A stretch of 64,000 bases of DNA from Octopus vulgaris (lineage: Eukaryota). The first letter of the stretch is position 1; each line of letters begins with the position of its first letter. The stretch is from contig OX597817.1 in the NCBI GenBank assembly GCA_951406725.2, forward strand, positions 92,008,001 to 92,072,000, in the 5' to 3' direction. The notes below the pieces were generated by a model, which saw only the letters and a list, made by a program, of their open reading frames with translations, had not been told where the DNA came from and ran no database searches. Shown here in pieces: positions 13,553 through 27,813 of the stretch. The translations under genes were made by a program, and so were the position numbers.

Positions 13553-14231
13553 TATTTTTCATCCTGAGGTTCGTGTTTTGTGTGTTACAGCCAGGGAAGA
13601 AAGAATAGGAAGAAGGGTCAGGCTGCGTGCATTGGGTTTTATAGGGGAGGGAGTGAGTAGGAAGCAGGGCATATTGGCTAGGCCTGTGGAATCAAGAGAA
13701 AGTGAGATATATACAGAGAGAGAGAGAGAGAGACATAGTGATAACAGAGGGAGAAAACGACACTGCACATTGGGAACGATGGGGTAGGAATTTAAGCTAT
13801 AGAAAGACCGGTAGATGAGGCAGAAAGACAAGATTTGAGATGAAATGCTTTGTGGTCGTGTGAATAAGTTTCTATGAGTGAAAGTTCTATGTTGTGGAGA
13901 AATGCTTGAGCTAGCATTTGAGACGAAAGACAACGATAATAAGAAAGGGGAAAAGAATAGGTTTTATGGTGATAATACTCGCAAAAAAACAATGAATGGA
14001 GGAGCAAGTCGAAAACTTAAAAATATCTTAGCTGCTATTTTTCATCCTGAGGTTTGTGTTTCGTGTGTTACAGCCAGGGAAGAAAGAATAGGAAGAAGGG
14101 TTAAGCCGTGCATTGGGTTTTATGGGGGAGGGGGTGAGTAGGAAGCAGGGCATATTGGCTAGGCCTGTGGAATCGGGGGAAAGTGAGATATATACAGAGA
14201 GAGAGAGAGAGAGACATAGTGATAACAGAGG
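13553..14231. repeat. Direct repeat, period 483 bp (~195-bp segment duplicated)
   Basis: 13553-~13750 nearly identical to 14036-14231 (tatttttcatcctgagg...gataacagagg). Confidence 0.9.
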
Positions 14232-15111
14232 ATAATATGAAAGTGTAATTATTGAAAACAAAATCCAATGTTATGCACAAACCTAACCACTCTTCCCCCA
14301 CTGGACCTCCTTCTGAAATGTTATTGTGAAGGACATCATTATCATCCTTTAATGCTCCTTTTCCATGCTGGCATGGTTTAGATGGTGTGACTGGAACTGA
14401 TAAGGCTGGGTGCCGCATTGTCTGTTCTGGCATAGTTTCTACAGCTGGATGTCCTTCATAATGCCAACCACTTTACAGAGTGTACTGGGTGCTTTTTATG
14501 TAGCACCAGCACCAGTGCTTTTCACATGGCACTACTTTTCCTCTTTTATGCAGGATCACTGTAATCTCTGCAGCCAAGTTCGTTTTCTTTTAACTGAGAA
14601 AAAGTTCTTAGTGGGTAAACACATGTTGTTAGATTTATTTTAAACATTTTCACTTTCATATTATCACAGTTAGGTGTAGGAAGAGTGTTTCTACCTTCAT
14701 CAAGTATTACTACTCAATAAACAAATGAAGGCTTGGTACTGTAAAAATTGAAATTTCCTGCAACCATTATGGTTGTTCTCTTCATGTAAATTATGTCTGG
14801 ATTAAAAGAGCTGTTGAAAAATTGGTAAGGTACCTGCATTATTTACTCTGTTGTTTCACTGAAGGCTGGGTCTTTGTAGTTGCTTGTACTACATTCTTCA
14901 CGATTCCTGTCTTTACTATGTCTTACTATTTCAAGTCAGATTTTCATACACTGATTATGAAGTCAACAAAATTTTATTATTCTTTATTCAATATGAAGCA
15001 ACTGTGACTGGAGTCAACTGTTTCATTGAAAAAAAAAAACTTTTCCTTTTTGTAATTTAATTGTATGTTGTTTTGATGAATATGTCTACTTCTCTTCTTT
15101 CTGGTTCATAG

Positions 15112-15207
15112 GCTCTAGTCTCTGCTTTGCAATTACATTGGAATCAGTTTTGCTGGGTCATGATGGATGGATTTACAGTGTTAGATGGCATCCCCCCATT
15201 GAAAAAG
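15112..15207 (+). CDS. ELP2: ELP2 exon
   Basis: catag|...AAAG|gtatat; SSLCFAITLESVLLGHDGWIYSVRWHPPIEK. Confidence 0.92.
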
Positions 15208-15210
15208 GTA

Positions 15211-15299
<89 letters not shown>

Positions 15300-16453
15300 T
15301 GTAGACAGCATGACCAGATAGATAGGGTGTTTATTTGACTACTTATGAACTAGGGTTTATGACTGCTGTAGCTCAGAAAGAGACACATATCAGTGATGGT
15401 ACAGTCTGACAGGAAAATTCCAGTCCAAGAAACTAGAAACAGATGAAACCCAAGGGCAATCTGGTTCCCCATGAGATTCTCCTAGTGGACACACTCAAAG
15501 GTATTTGCTAATTCAAAGAAGATATTGTTTGCACTTAATTTCTCACAATCTCCAGTAAAGCTGTATCTACAGAAGCCCTCCTGGTGGTCACTAAGGTGAT
15601 GAAGGTCATTGTTAAAACAGTATTTTTGTTGCTCAGGCCCTAAAATAATCACTACCTAATCTTTTCTCCCTGGAATATAATATCACTGGAATACCCTTCT
15701 TACCCAGACTTTACTTACAGAGATTCACACTGAACAGCAGTCATTTTAATTTCACTTGAGTGGGAGAAGTAACTATAAACATGATGGATTCTGCTCCAAC
15801 CACTCCTACATCTTCTGACTAAACTTTAAAAGAAAATACGATGGTTTCTAATCTGCTGTAGGTGTGATATATTTCTGGGTCATCCACTATACTTTGCCTT
15901 GACACAGTACATACTTCACTGTGATAAGGTAGGAACAGGTACTGCCTGAGTACATAGGGAATGTTAACTACATCAAAGTAGCATCCTTTCCTGCATTAGA
16001 TTATTTTGAGATATTTACATTGTTTTGTTGGTTTTTATGGACACATATATCATCATCATCATCGTTTAACTGCTGTTTTCCTTGCTGGCATGGCTTGGAC
16101 GGTTCGACTAGGGTCTGGAAAGCCAGGAGGCTGCACCAGGCCCCAATCGGATCTGGCAGTGTTTCTACAGCTGGATGCCCTTCCTAACGCCAACCACTAG
16201 CATGGAAAACAGACGCTAAACAATGATGATGATGATGAAATGATGATGCATCAATTTATGACAGTTTGAATATTTCGTTTATATTTCAAAAAACACAGAC
16301 AGGTCACGAAAACAGGGTCAGATGTTATTAGAAATGGGGATAGTTCTATGGAAGGGACACAATTCTATGAAATGAGCATAGTTGTTTTGTTTTTTAGAAA
16401 TAAAAAAAAACATTATTACTGTAGCATTGTAATATTTTATTGTAATTTTCCAG

Positions 16454-16554
16454 AAAATGGTTGGCATCAACCTCTGCGACTTCTTACTGCTTCTATGGAT
16501 AAAACCATGATACTTTGGTCTGTTGATAAAGATTCTGGAGTTTGGGTTGAAGAG
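16454..16554 (+). CDS. ELP2: ELP2 exon
   Basis: ttccag|...GAG|gtaaaa; [33 protein letters not shown]. Confidence 0.93.
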
Positions 16555-17377
16555 GTAAAAATCTAGCAACAATCTTTGAGCTTTTCCTTATTTGTCTTCA
16601 ATACATGTGTGTGTATTTGCGAACATTCATGTTTATGTATGTGTGTGTGGCTATTTTTGTATGTGCGTTTGCATGACAGAAAGAGCACATGAAATATTTG
16701 CCTGCAGTATAGATATCATGAACAATCAAATGTTATTGTAAACCAAGCCTCTTGCATCACAAGCCTTGAAACATGTACACTTATAAAGTTGTTCATACTC
16801 ACATTCATATACACATGTTATATTATTAGTTATAGATTTCTATGACACTAAACTGTGTGAGTGATAAGGGAGTGCCTGTCTGATGTGCTGGTTTGTTGAT
16901 AGTTTTTCTACTGATGTGCATATTGTTCAACAAAATACACTTGGCCAAGGGGCTGTATCATGAGATAGAACCCAGAGCCACATGGTTGCAAGGCAAATAT
17001 GTTAACCACACAGCCATGCCCACATACACACACATTTTCTTCTACTGAATTGTCTTTTACCACTTCAAACTACCTGTGACCTCTGTAAATACCATAATAT
17101 ATATATATATATATATATAATCTCTTACTTATTTCAGTCATTAGATTGTAGCCATGCTGCAGCACTGCCTTGAATTTGTAGTCAAAGGAATTGACCCCAG
17201 TACTTATTTTTTAAAGCTACCAAGCTTATTTTATTGGTTGCTTTTGCCAAACCGCTAAGTTACAGGGACACAAACAAAGACACATGTGCATGCACACGCA
17301 CACACACACACATACGACAGGCTTCTTTCAGTTTCCATCTACCAAATCCACTCACAAGGCTTATGTGTGTGTGTGTG

Positions 17378-17413
<36 letters not shown>

Positions 17414-17812
17414 CATGGACAGACAGACAGGTAAATGATAGAAAATAGAATGAACATCATTTAAAATCACTACAGATGTTTTGATACATGATAATGATTA
17501 CACACCACGTCATTACACAACATCTCACCAATGTAATACAGGTGTAAAAATATGTTGAAAAACTTGTAGTGATTTTAAATAAAGAAAATTGTTCATTCCA
17601 TTTTCTATTATTTATCTATTTATATAAATTCTACAGATATTACGGAATTCCTGATGTATATCCAGTAGCAAGAGCATTTCCACTATATGATGACATCAGG
17701 TAGCCAATAACTATGGACAAACTTTGCATAGCATATCACCAGGCTTGTACCTGAATCTTTATTTAACTATATATCATATGTATATATTACTGTAACCATG
17801 TGTCTCTTGTAG

Positions 17813-17935
17813 GTTCGTGTTGGAGAAGTTGGTGGAAATACATTAGGGTTTTATGGTGGTTTGTTCAGTCCATGCGGTGATTCTATCTTAGCCCATGGTT
17901 ACCAAGGTGCTCTACATCAATGGACATTTAATAAA
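17813..17935 (+). CDS. ELP2: ELP2 exon
   Basis: ttgtag|...AAA|gtaagt; [41 protein letters not shown] (characteristic ELP2 motif). Confidence 0.95.
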
Positions 17936-20309
17936 GTAAGTAGTTTAAAGACATCTTCCTTTACTTATTCCTGATAATGTAAATACTTTATTTTTTTTTT
18001 TTTTTGTCATTTGAGCTATTTTGATAATCCATCCTAAGTGACAAATCTAACTGAATGCCACTTCTTTTCTTAAGCATTACTCTCTGTAAATTTAATCATA
18101 TTTAGAATATTGGTGTCCTAACTGTGTTTTCCAGTTTTAGAATATGTATCCCATGACCCCACGTAAAAAGTGACTGTATGGGCTGGCACAGGAAGGGCAT
18201 CTAGTCATATTAAGAAAATATCAAGTAACCTACCCAAGGATGATGGTGAGTGTATTGGAGAAATGAAAGTTTTAAGTTGAACTGGGTGGATTTGAACTCA
18301 GAACCATAACATAACCAATAGCAATGTTTAAAAAGCTGCTAGTTTGTTGGTCTTTATCACCACCACCACTGTGGTGTATAATTAATGGTCAAAGTAGTTA
18401 CAATCATATACCATGTTGTAAGACCGTTTACAGCTACTAATACATGTACTATAGTACCTACTACCCTGCAAGACATGTACTATGATGCAAACTACTTTAC
18501 TAGTATTTGTATTAATACATTAAGTTTACTATAACATGTTCTGCATTAAAAGAAAATATTGTAAAGCTAATTCTAAATAAGCAGTATCAGCAGGTACTTC
18601 AAAATTCTTAGCTCTTTGTAAACATCTGTTGCAAATCACAGCCTCCTGACAGCATCACAGCTCCAACAGCAAAGAACTACATTCTACAAGACATCTAACT
18701 AGCATGACTTCTCTGGGGAAGTTGGCTTGCTATGCTGGTCTGCAGTTTCCCTGCTGCTAACTTTGCTGTTGGAGTCATGTTGGTGTCAGGAGGCTACATT
18801 TTGCAACATTTGGTGTCAGAAGTTGGATTGTCCATGGAACTGGAAGGAGTGTGAACAAGGAGTCTGGCAGGAAAGGAAGAGGTATCTCTGGCTGCACTTG
18901 TCACAGTAGCTGGAACTTTATTTTCTCCTTCATAACATCTTAAATCAACTTAGAGGCACCTAAGATAAAGCAGGGTTGCATGTATGGATGACAATTTTGT
19001 TTTCTTTTCAAAACACTGAATGGAAAACTAAAAAATGCCAACTCAGATTATCACAATAGTGAATTAAGCTTTTACTATATTTATAAATAATCTTCTAAGA
19101 AATTTTTGATTAGGATTGATTAATTTTGGTTGTTGCATATTGATTTTACTTTCATTCAGTAATTGGCTTCAGTCACTTGACTTCAGTTATGCTAGAGCAC
19201 TGCTTTCAACAATTTTTATTTATTTTTTTTATCAATGATATTGACTCCAATACTTTGATATTTATTTCTTTGTTCACATAAGATACCAAAGTGAAATGAT
19301 TGTTACCGTAAGGGGAAATAATTCAGTGTCATTAAAATTCTTTAGTATCTGCAGTGGAATGATATATCTCACTTACCTTCATATGTGTGTGTATGTGTAC
19401 ATATACAATTAATGTGTTACCTCCTATCATTTCTTAACTTTTCAACACCTTTTCTAAATTCATACCAAGCTTTTTTAAATTTCTCTCAGACGAGGTTTTG
19501 AGAGTTTTGCAAGATACACGTTGATTTCATCAGTGCTTGGCATGCAGAAAAAAAAAAGTCAGTACACTGTGAACCGCTTGGTGTTAGGAAGGGCATTCAG
19601 TCAAAGGAATCATGCCAAAACTAAAACATTAAAGAAAGACTGTTCCTTCAGCCCATTGAATCCTGTCAAAATGTCTAACCCTTGGCAACATAGAAAACCA
19701 TGTAAAATGATGATGACAAGGAGGGGGACATAGAATGGACTTCTGCGTAGTTTCCATCAACCAAATTCTACTCACAAGTTATTAGTCAACCCAAGGCTGA
19801 GGAATATGACATTTGCCCAAAGTGCTACACTGTGGGATTGAACCCATACTACATGGTTGTGAAGTGAACTTTTTAATCATATATCCATACCTATGCCTTG
19901 TATTGATGTATTTGTGAGACCTAATCTGCTCTGCAACCAGTATCTTTTCCGTCTAATACAAACACACCTTCCCCTGTCTTTTATTGCTTCTTGCCACCAA
20001 CTTTACTTTGTTTTCTACTATCCACATAATGTGGACAGTATTTTGTACAATGTAAGAGTGGAATAAATGAGCCAAGACAGCAGAGCATCAGATGAAATTC
20101 CCTGCTGTGTATAGCTTCCTCTCTGTTTTGAATTAGAGTTTCAAGTTGATGAAAACTTTTTCATCAATAAAAGAAGTACTTCTCTTGGAGTGGTTGATGT
20201 TAGGAAGGGCATCCAGCTGTAGAAACCATGCCAAATCAAAATGGTATCTGCTGCAGCTCTCCAGCTTGTCATCTCTAGTCAAATGTTAAATGATGATGAT
20301 GATGATTTA

Positions 20310-22000
20310 TAATCATCACCATCATCATCATTTAGCTTCCATTGTCCATGCTGGTATAGGTTGGACGGTTTGACCAGGGCTGGTAAGCTGAGGGGCTGCA
20401 CCAGATTCCAGTCTGATTTGGCATGGTTTCTACAGCCAGATGCTCTTCTTAATGCTGACCACTTTACAGAGTGTGCTGGGCGCTTTTACGTGGCACTGCA
20501 TGGACACTTTTACATGGTGCCACACAGGCGTTTTTACATAGCTCCACACAAGCACCTTTAGATGGCACCACCACTTGTACTTTTTACGTGGCATCGATAC
20601 AGGACTATTGCAGGCCAATCCTGGCCACCAGAGGCACCAGTCTTAACACTTCTGCTGCGGCGTACAGGTCTTCTTCAGTACAGCAAAGCACCAGGCATTT
20701 CAGTCCTTTGTCATCTCACCTGAAAGGGTCAGCATCCAGGAGTTGTTCTTCAGTACTTTGTCCCATGTCTTCCTGGGTCTCCCACTTTCACTTTGAGAAA
20801 TCAGCACCTCTTTATGGAGCTGTCAGCATCCATCCACATCACATGACCAAACCATTGCAGTCTTCTCTCTTGCACGCAACTAATTCCTCTTGTGCCTAAG
20901 TTCTCTCTCAATGTAACAAGCACTCTATTGAACATGTACACTTACATAACACATCCAGCAGAGCCTCATTTCTCTCTAACTTTTGCATGTCCTCTGCATT
21001 CAGGGACTATGTCTCACAAGCATATAGAACTGCTATCCATATACATGCATCATACAATCTTCCTTCCAATCGGAGAGAAAATCCTTTTGTAGGCAACAGA
21101 GGTAACAGCTCTCTGAATTTCCTCCATCCTATTCATATTGTAGCTAATACACTTTCTGTGCATCTTCCCTTACTACTAATTTGGTCCACTAGGTAGCAGA
21201 AATTATCTACTACCTCTAATGAATGACCGAGGCATTTGAGAGAATTAATTTCCCAAGTCTCTAAAGTTTTTATGGATCCTGTCCATTTTCCACATAAGAA
21301 AACTATCTTTTCTGATAATCTTCCTATTAATCCACTGCACCTCTTTTGTGTCCAAAGTTTACACTATGTACACCATATGGTATTCCTGCCTATACCTTTC
21401 CTACAAATCTAACAGGGCCACCTACCTTAAGTGGGTAGGGTCCTGTCTGTTTCCTTGCTTACTAAGATTTTAGTTTTTTCTAAGTTAACCTTAAGGCCCT
21501 TAGATTCCAGGTTTTGCTTCCACACCTGGAGTTTCTATCCTAGCTCTGATATGGAATCTGCTTTGAGGGCAACATTATCAGAATATGGGGTTCTCAGGGG
21601 CTGCTGGTCTTGAATTCCTCTGTTATGGCCTGGAGGACAATGATGACAAGGAGGGGTCTGAGGACTGAGCCTTGATAAACCCCTACCTTTACACCAAATT
21701 CTTTGCTGTACTCATGGTTAATTCTCACCTTATTAACAGTATCTCTTTGCATGGCCTGTACAGCTTTCACCAGTCACTTGTCTATCCTTATCCTCCTCAG
21801 AGCCCACCATATCACACAGCAAGATACTGTATTGAAGGCTTTCTCTTAGATCTACGAATGCCAAGTATAATGGTTTATTCTTAACTATGTCTTTTGCAGT
21901 TGCCTGACTAGGAAAATAGCAATTGCAGTGCTTCTTCCTTGGACAGAGATGAACTGCACTTCATCTACCCTAATTTTGCTCCTAATCAATTGGGCTGTAG
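20310..22000 (-). mobile_element. Older degenerate RTE-like LINE family A copy
   Basis: Collinear with 10140-12110 but heavily mutated; same 3' tail. Confidence 0.8.
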
Positions 22001-22099
22001 CTCTTACATATATATAAAACGAGGTTAATTCCATTAATTGCACCTATCACCTATTAAAATTATTTGCTTTGTATTTAATCAAGAAATGTTAGTATTTTA

Positions 22100-23200
22100 T
22101 ATAGGGCTGTATAGTAAGTTCTGTTTAATTTTTAGTACTTATTTAAAAGCACAAACAGGATAATACTGCAAATTTGATAACCTATATAAGTTCTTTTATT
22201 TTTTATCACTTTTCTTTTTGAATGCTTAATTTGAAAAATTCTTTGGGTCTTTAATTAAAATATAAACTTAATTAAATATATTTAATTAATCTTCTCTGTC
22301 TTCTTTGCTGTGCATACTGTCCATCTAAATAGTTTTGCAATGATTTAAACAAATGGAAGTTTGATAGAGTGAGGTCTGGGGAATATGGATGATATAGCAT
22401 TTTTCCTATCCAAAGGATTCCTGAATATTTCAGTAACTTCTTCAATGTGAGGTTTAGCATTATCATGAAAGAGAATTCCACTGCAGTTTATTAAGGCAAG
22501 ATGTTTACTATCTAAAGCAGTCTTCAAATAGTAAAGCTGCTAATAATTGACTTCAGAAGTTGCTCTTTGATTTGACCCTAAAGGCTCATAATGAATACTT
22601 CTTTCCATATTCCACCAAACACTCAATAAAGTTTTCTTTGGATAATATACTTTTTGTGGACATAGTACAAGTTTTTAATTTGGACTTAGCCTCAGTCTGC
22701 AGCGCTTAATATTGCTGTAAAGATTCCATTTTTCATCTCCCGTATGATCCAGTTTAAAAATGGTGCTTGATGGTTATGTGTACGGAATGATTCACAACAA
22801 TCAAGCTTGTGTTGATAATTTGCTGCCTAAAGAGCACGAGGAACCAATTTCCACCTACTTAAAAACTTTTCCTTGCTTTTCAAATGATTATGAATGGTCA
22901 GATGTTAATGTTAAATTCAATGGAAAGTTTTCTCACCACCATAGTAAGATTCCTTGCAAGTGTTGCCTGTAGCATTTTGTCTTTCAATTTGGAAGGATGT
23001 TCTGATTTAGGCTTATCAAGCAAATCAAAATTGCCATGTCTGAATTTTGCAAGTACTTTCACTTGCTGCATCTTGACTGCAGTTTTTGAACATTTTTGAA
23101 CATCTTTTGGCTGCTTCTTCTTGGTTCTGTGATGGGTCCTTTGTATAGAAAATTAAATATGCTAAAAATAAAGTTGTTGCTTTATGGGAACTTTTTATGA
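22100..23200 (-). mobile_element. Mariner transposase relic
   Basis: Fragments GDEKW, FHDNAKPH and PYSPDL..SNFHLFKSLQNYLDG across shifted frames; boundaries approximate. Confidence 0.85.
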
Positions 23201-23401
23201 GATGATTATGCATCTCTGAATCCTATCAATATTTTTAGTTTCTGCAATAATAGGTTTCAGGAGGTTGAAACTTGTAATTAGACAGTTAAACTTGGTATAG
23301 GTAAACTGAATCTCTTGTACAGTTTCATGTTGCTGCTCTACCCTGTTTTCTTGATGAAAAATTATGTAATGTCTTGTGATCTCTATGGTTACTATTATCA
23401 G

Positions 23402-23557
23402 GAGAAGCTATGTTGGGAACCAGCTGTAACAGGAGGTGGACATTTCAAGGCTGTTGATGATATTGCTTGGGATCCAGTTGATGGGAGCTACTTGCTTAGT
23501 GTCGGCTTGGATCAAACCTGTAGATTTCATGCCCCTTGGGTGACAGATACCCTACAG
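23402..23557 (+). CDS. ELP2: ELP2 exon
   Basis: atcag|...CAG|gtaagg; [52 protein letters not shown]. Confidence 0.93.
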
Positions 23558-23764
23558 GTAAGGACAAACTTTTTGTTGTTTGACTTCATATCAAGACATC
23601 ACTGCTGTCTGGTTGGATATCACTGATGCTTCTATCTGTGGTCTGTATCACTGTAGACATTAGAGGCAGATATTGCTATCAGATACATTATTAATAAAAG
23701 ATGATGATATTGAAGATATCAATAATATAAATATTTAGTATTTTGTGTTTGATTCAACATCTAT

Positions 23765-24645
23765 CTTCATCCGCTGGCTGTGTAATGTCAATGTGCATAC
23801 ACGACAGAGTGTAAGCGCCCTGAGAGAAAAGTTGGATTTAAGAAGCATCACATGTGGTGTGCAAGAGAGACGACTGCACTGGTATGGTCATGTGTTGTGA
23901 ATGAATGAGGATAGCTGTGTGAAAAAGTGTCACACCCTAGCAGTTGAGGGAACCTGTGGAAGAATTAGACCCAGGAAGACCTGGGATGAGGTGGTGAAGC
24001 ACAACCTTTGAACATTGGGCCTTACCAAGGCAGTGACTAGTGACTGAGACCTTTGGAGATATGCTGTGCTTGAGAAGACCCGACAAGCCAAGTGAGACCA
24101 TAATCCGTGGCCTACACCAGTGGGTGTAACCAGCCCACATATGAGTATCCCTCATTCATTGGACAATAAACTTTGCTTGTGAAGACCTGTTGTGGCAAGT
24201 GAAATCAAAATCAAAGTCACTGATGTGGCCAATGACAGTACCACCTGATTGGCTCCCATGCCAGTGGCATGTAAAAATCACCATTCGAACATGATCATTG
24301 CCAGTGTCACCTTACTGGCATATGTGCCTGTGGGATGTGTAAAACAACATTCGAGTGTGGTCATTGCCAGTGCTGCCGGACTGGCTCCCATGCAGGTAGC
24401 ATGTAAAAAACACATTTTGAGCGTGGTCGTTGTCAGAACTGCCTGACTGGCCCTCGTGCACATAAAAGCACCCACTACACTCTTGGAGTGGTTGGCATTA
24501 GGAAGAGCATCCAGCTGTAGAAACTTTGCCAGATCAGATTGGAGCCTAGTGCAGCCTTCTGGCTCGCCAGTCCTCCGTCAAACATTCCAACCCATGTCAG
24601 CATGGGAAGTGGACATTAAAACGACGATGACAACATTGATGATGA
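23765..24645 (+). mobile_element. 3' fragment of RTE-like LINE family A
   Basis: LREKLDLRSITCGVQERRLHWYGHV; 3' UTR array; (GAT)n tail. Confidence 0.88.
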
Positions 24646-24703
24646 CTGTAAATCATGTTCTTTTGTAAAATTTAAGTCTTTCTTGGAACCATTTCTTCTG
24701 CAG

Positions 24704-24898
24704 CGACCAACATGGTATGAAGTTGCCCGTCCTCAAGTGCATGGCTATGATATACAATGTCTTGCTGTTCTACATCGTTATAAGTTTGTCAGTGGTGCAG
24801 ATGAGAAAGTGTTGAGGGTGTTTAATGCACCAAAGAATTTTATTGAGAATTTTTGCAATATTAGCAAATTGGACATTGAAGTGGAATTGAAAAATAAG
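24704..24898 (+). CDS. ELP2: ELP2 exon
   Basis: ctgcag|...AAG|gtaatt; [20 protein letters not shown]...[23 protein letters not shown]. Confidence 0.95.
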
Positions 24899-25566
24899 GT
24901 AATTATTGTCTCACATTTGATGGTATTTTGCGTTCTTCTGCAGTCTGTGAAGTTATTTGGATCTATCTCATCCCTGATCTAATAGTTTAGCACTAGCACA
25001 GCTCTGCTTCAGCAGTTTAACCAGAGCATAGCTTTTATTTTTCAAGTCTAATATATCTAAGACAACATTATCCAATATGTTCTTTCACTTTTAAGGCAGT
25101 AGAGTGTGATTAGAGGGAGATTAGGCTGCTACTTCTTGCAAGCCTAGTAACCTCAAAGTTCTACTAGTCTGTGAGTATCAGATGTAGTGATACTATTTAT
25201 AGCTAGTCATCGTTTAGCCCTTGGTTAGCCTTTATTAAACAGGAATTTACATAATGGTACAATGTTGACAGCTAGAAATTAACCTTTTTGTTGCTAGACT
25301 TTCATTGAAATACTTTGCCTTTCTTTCATTTAATTTTCAAAGTAATGATAAACTCAATAAAACTTTGTTATTATTAAACTGAAGCTTAAAACATAATTAA
25401 TATGAAATTTTGATGCAGATTTTAATTTACATGACTTGAAAACGGGAAGTTTTTGTCATAGAACCAAGGATGGTCTCAAGCATTTTGGTATCAAAAAGAG
25501 GCTTTATATTTCAAGATTCTGTGATCTATAACAGTAAAAGTTCATCTTTTGTGTGAATCTTTTCAG

Positions 25567-25720
25567 GAAATTTCTTCTGTGCCACAAGGAGCCAGTGTTC
25601 CAGCTCTTGGCCTCTCCAATAAAGCTGTCTATTGCAATGAGAAAACTGCTGAAGAGGAGATTGAGGCCCATCCCAACGAGCAATACCCTGAGGTTTATTT
25701 TTCTCCGGTGACACTTCACG
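25567..25720 (+). CDS. ELP2: ELP2 exon
   Basis: tttcag|...CACG|gttggt; EISSVPQGASVPALGLSNKAVY...YFSPVTLH. Confidence 0.93.
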
Positions 25721-27682
25721 GTTGGTAGACTATGCTTAAATTAATCATCATCATCATCACTGACTTTATTTTCCTAATTATTTACCTGCGGGAAAAAAAA
25801 CTAAAGTGGAAGTTCATTACAAGAATTTTAGGGTAGGAGACTAGTCAATTACATCGACCCCTGTGTTTCACTGGTACTTAATTTATCGACCCTGAAAGGA
25901 TGAAAGGCAAAGTTGACCCTGGAGGAATTTGAACTCAGAATGTAAAGATGGATGAAATGCCACTAAGCATCTTGTCTGGCATGCTAACGATTCTGCCAGC
26001 TCACCAACTTACTAAAGCATCTAAATTTGGGATTAAAAAAAAAACTTCAGGATATTAAAGAAAATTATTTCATTTCTCTTGAGGCTTCTAAATTCTTATC
26101 AGGTATATTGCAAGGTATATTTTTTTCAAATGTAATAAGTTTACTAGGTTCTTGTTCAAAACACATCCACATATATACATAGCTATGAAGATATAATAAT
26201 AATGCCTTTCTTCAAAAAATGGTATGGGTTAGTAACAGGAAGGGTATCTGGTTGTAGAACATTACTTCAATATATCTGGTCTAACCCATTACTTGTCTAC
26301 TTTTTTCAGCATGGAATAAGTGGACATAAAAGGTGATGAGGATCATTGTATTCATGTGTGTGTAAGAGAGTGATTGAGTGAGTTAGAGGGTATCATCATC
26401 ATCATATGCTTGCTTTTCATGCTGGCGTAGGTTGAACAGTTTAACAGTATCTGATAGGTCAGAGGACCATGTCTTGCTCCAATGTCTCAGACGTAGCATA
26501 ATTTCTACAACTGAATGCTCTTCTTATCACCAACTTTATAGTATGTATTGGGTGCACTTTTTCATGGAACCACCACTCAGGAGATTGTCTTAGCCTTACT
26601 AAGACAAAATGTCCTGTCAATTCTCTGCTGTCTCAGCTCAATTTACTAACCACTTTACAGAGTGTACTGAGTGACACCAGCACTTATGAGGTTGCCTTGT
26701 AACTGGTAAGACTAAATAGTCCCCACAATGGAAACTAGAAGAAAGAATTATGACTTTTGGTTGAATGTTGAGAGAAATATGATAGGAGGGACAGATTTAT
26801 TGCTGTGAGAGGAAGGACTGGAAGGTGCAAGGAAAAGAATAGTGTAAGGACTTAGTGAGAAAGAGAAAGGAATAGAGTGAAGATGATGGAGTGGGTTGAA
26901 TAGGAGAATCCATTGCTATCTCATTTATATATATCATCATTATTTTATGTCTGTTTTCTATGCTGGTTTGGATTGAATATTTCAAAGCGAGCTGAGTCAG
27001 TTCTTATTGGAGTTGCAGCCTCCTAGACAGATCAAAGTACAACTTCTTGCTTCTGTGTGTCAGTTTTGGCAATATTTCTATAACAGAATGCCTTTCCTAA
27101 CACCAACCTCTCCTATACAGATCTGTGAATCTTTAATTTCCACCCATTCTCCCAGCTCACCTCTGCCCTCTTGAAGGTCAACTTTACACACCCAGCCACA
27201 TAATTCTCATCTCCCATACAATCAATACCAATGTCTCTTTGCTATGTCCTGTCACACTTCTCATTCTGCCCTGTAAGTAAGCCATTTGTTTTCATTTTCA
27301 TTGCAACTCTTTTACAACAACAAGGATTTTGAATCCAAACACCCTTCCTTTTACTAACCAAACCACAATACAGTAATATGCATTAGTTTGAGCAAGGATA
27401 TTATAAAGTTTATTGGTTCAGAGAAGCAGGAAATGTCGTAACAGTTATAAAGCAGCATACTAGTGTAAGCTGTGTGTTGGTCATTGGAAATTTTCGACTG
27501 AGATGAATGGTTGGTTTTATTTTTAATGCAATCTAGAGCTCTTGAGTCTGTGGTTATTGTCCTACACCTTTGTACCCCAGCATTGTTCCTATTGTTAGTG
27601 TTATGTCAATATAGATGCCACTGTGGTGCATATAGTTATTACAAAGATATTTGTGGTTATTGTCAATATCTTTTATCTTCAG

Positions 27683-27813
27683 AGCCACCCACAGAAGAAC
27701 ATTTACTACAGAACACACTGTGGCCTGAAACACAAAAGCTATATGGACATGGTTATGAGATCTTTGCAGTAACAGCTGATCCTAGAGGAGAAATACTTGC
27801 TTCAGCTTGTAAA
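27683..27813 (+). CDS. ELP2: ELP2 exon
   Basis: cttcag|...AAA|gtaagg; [30 protein letters not shown]...LASACK. Confidence 0.95.
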
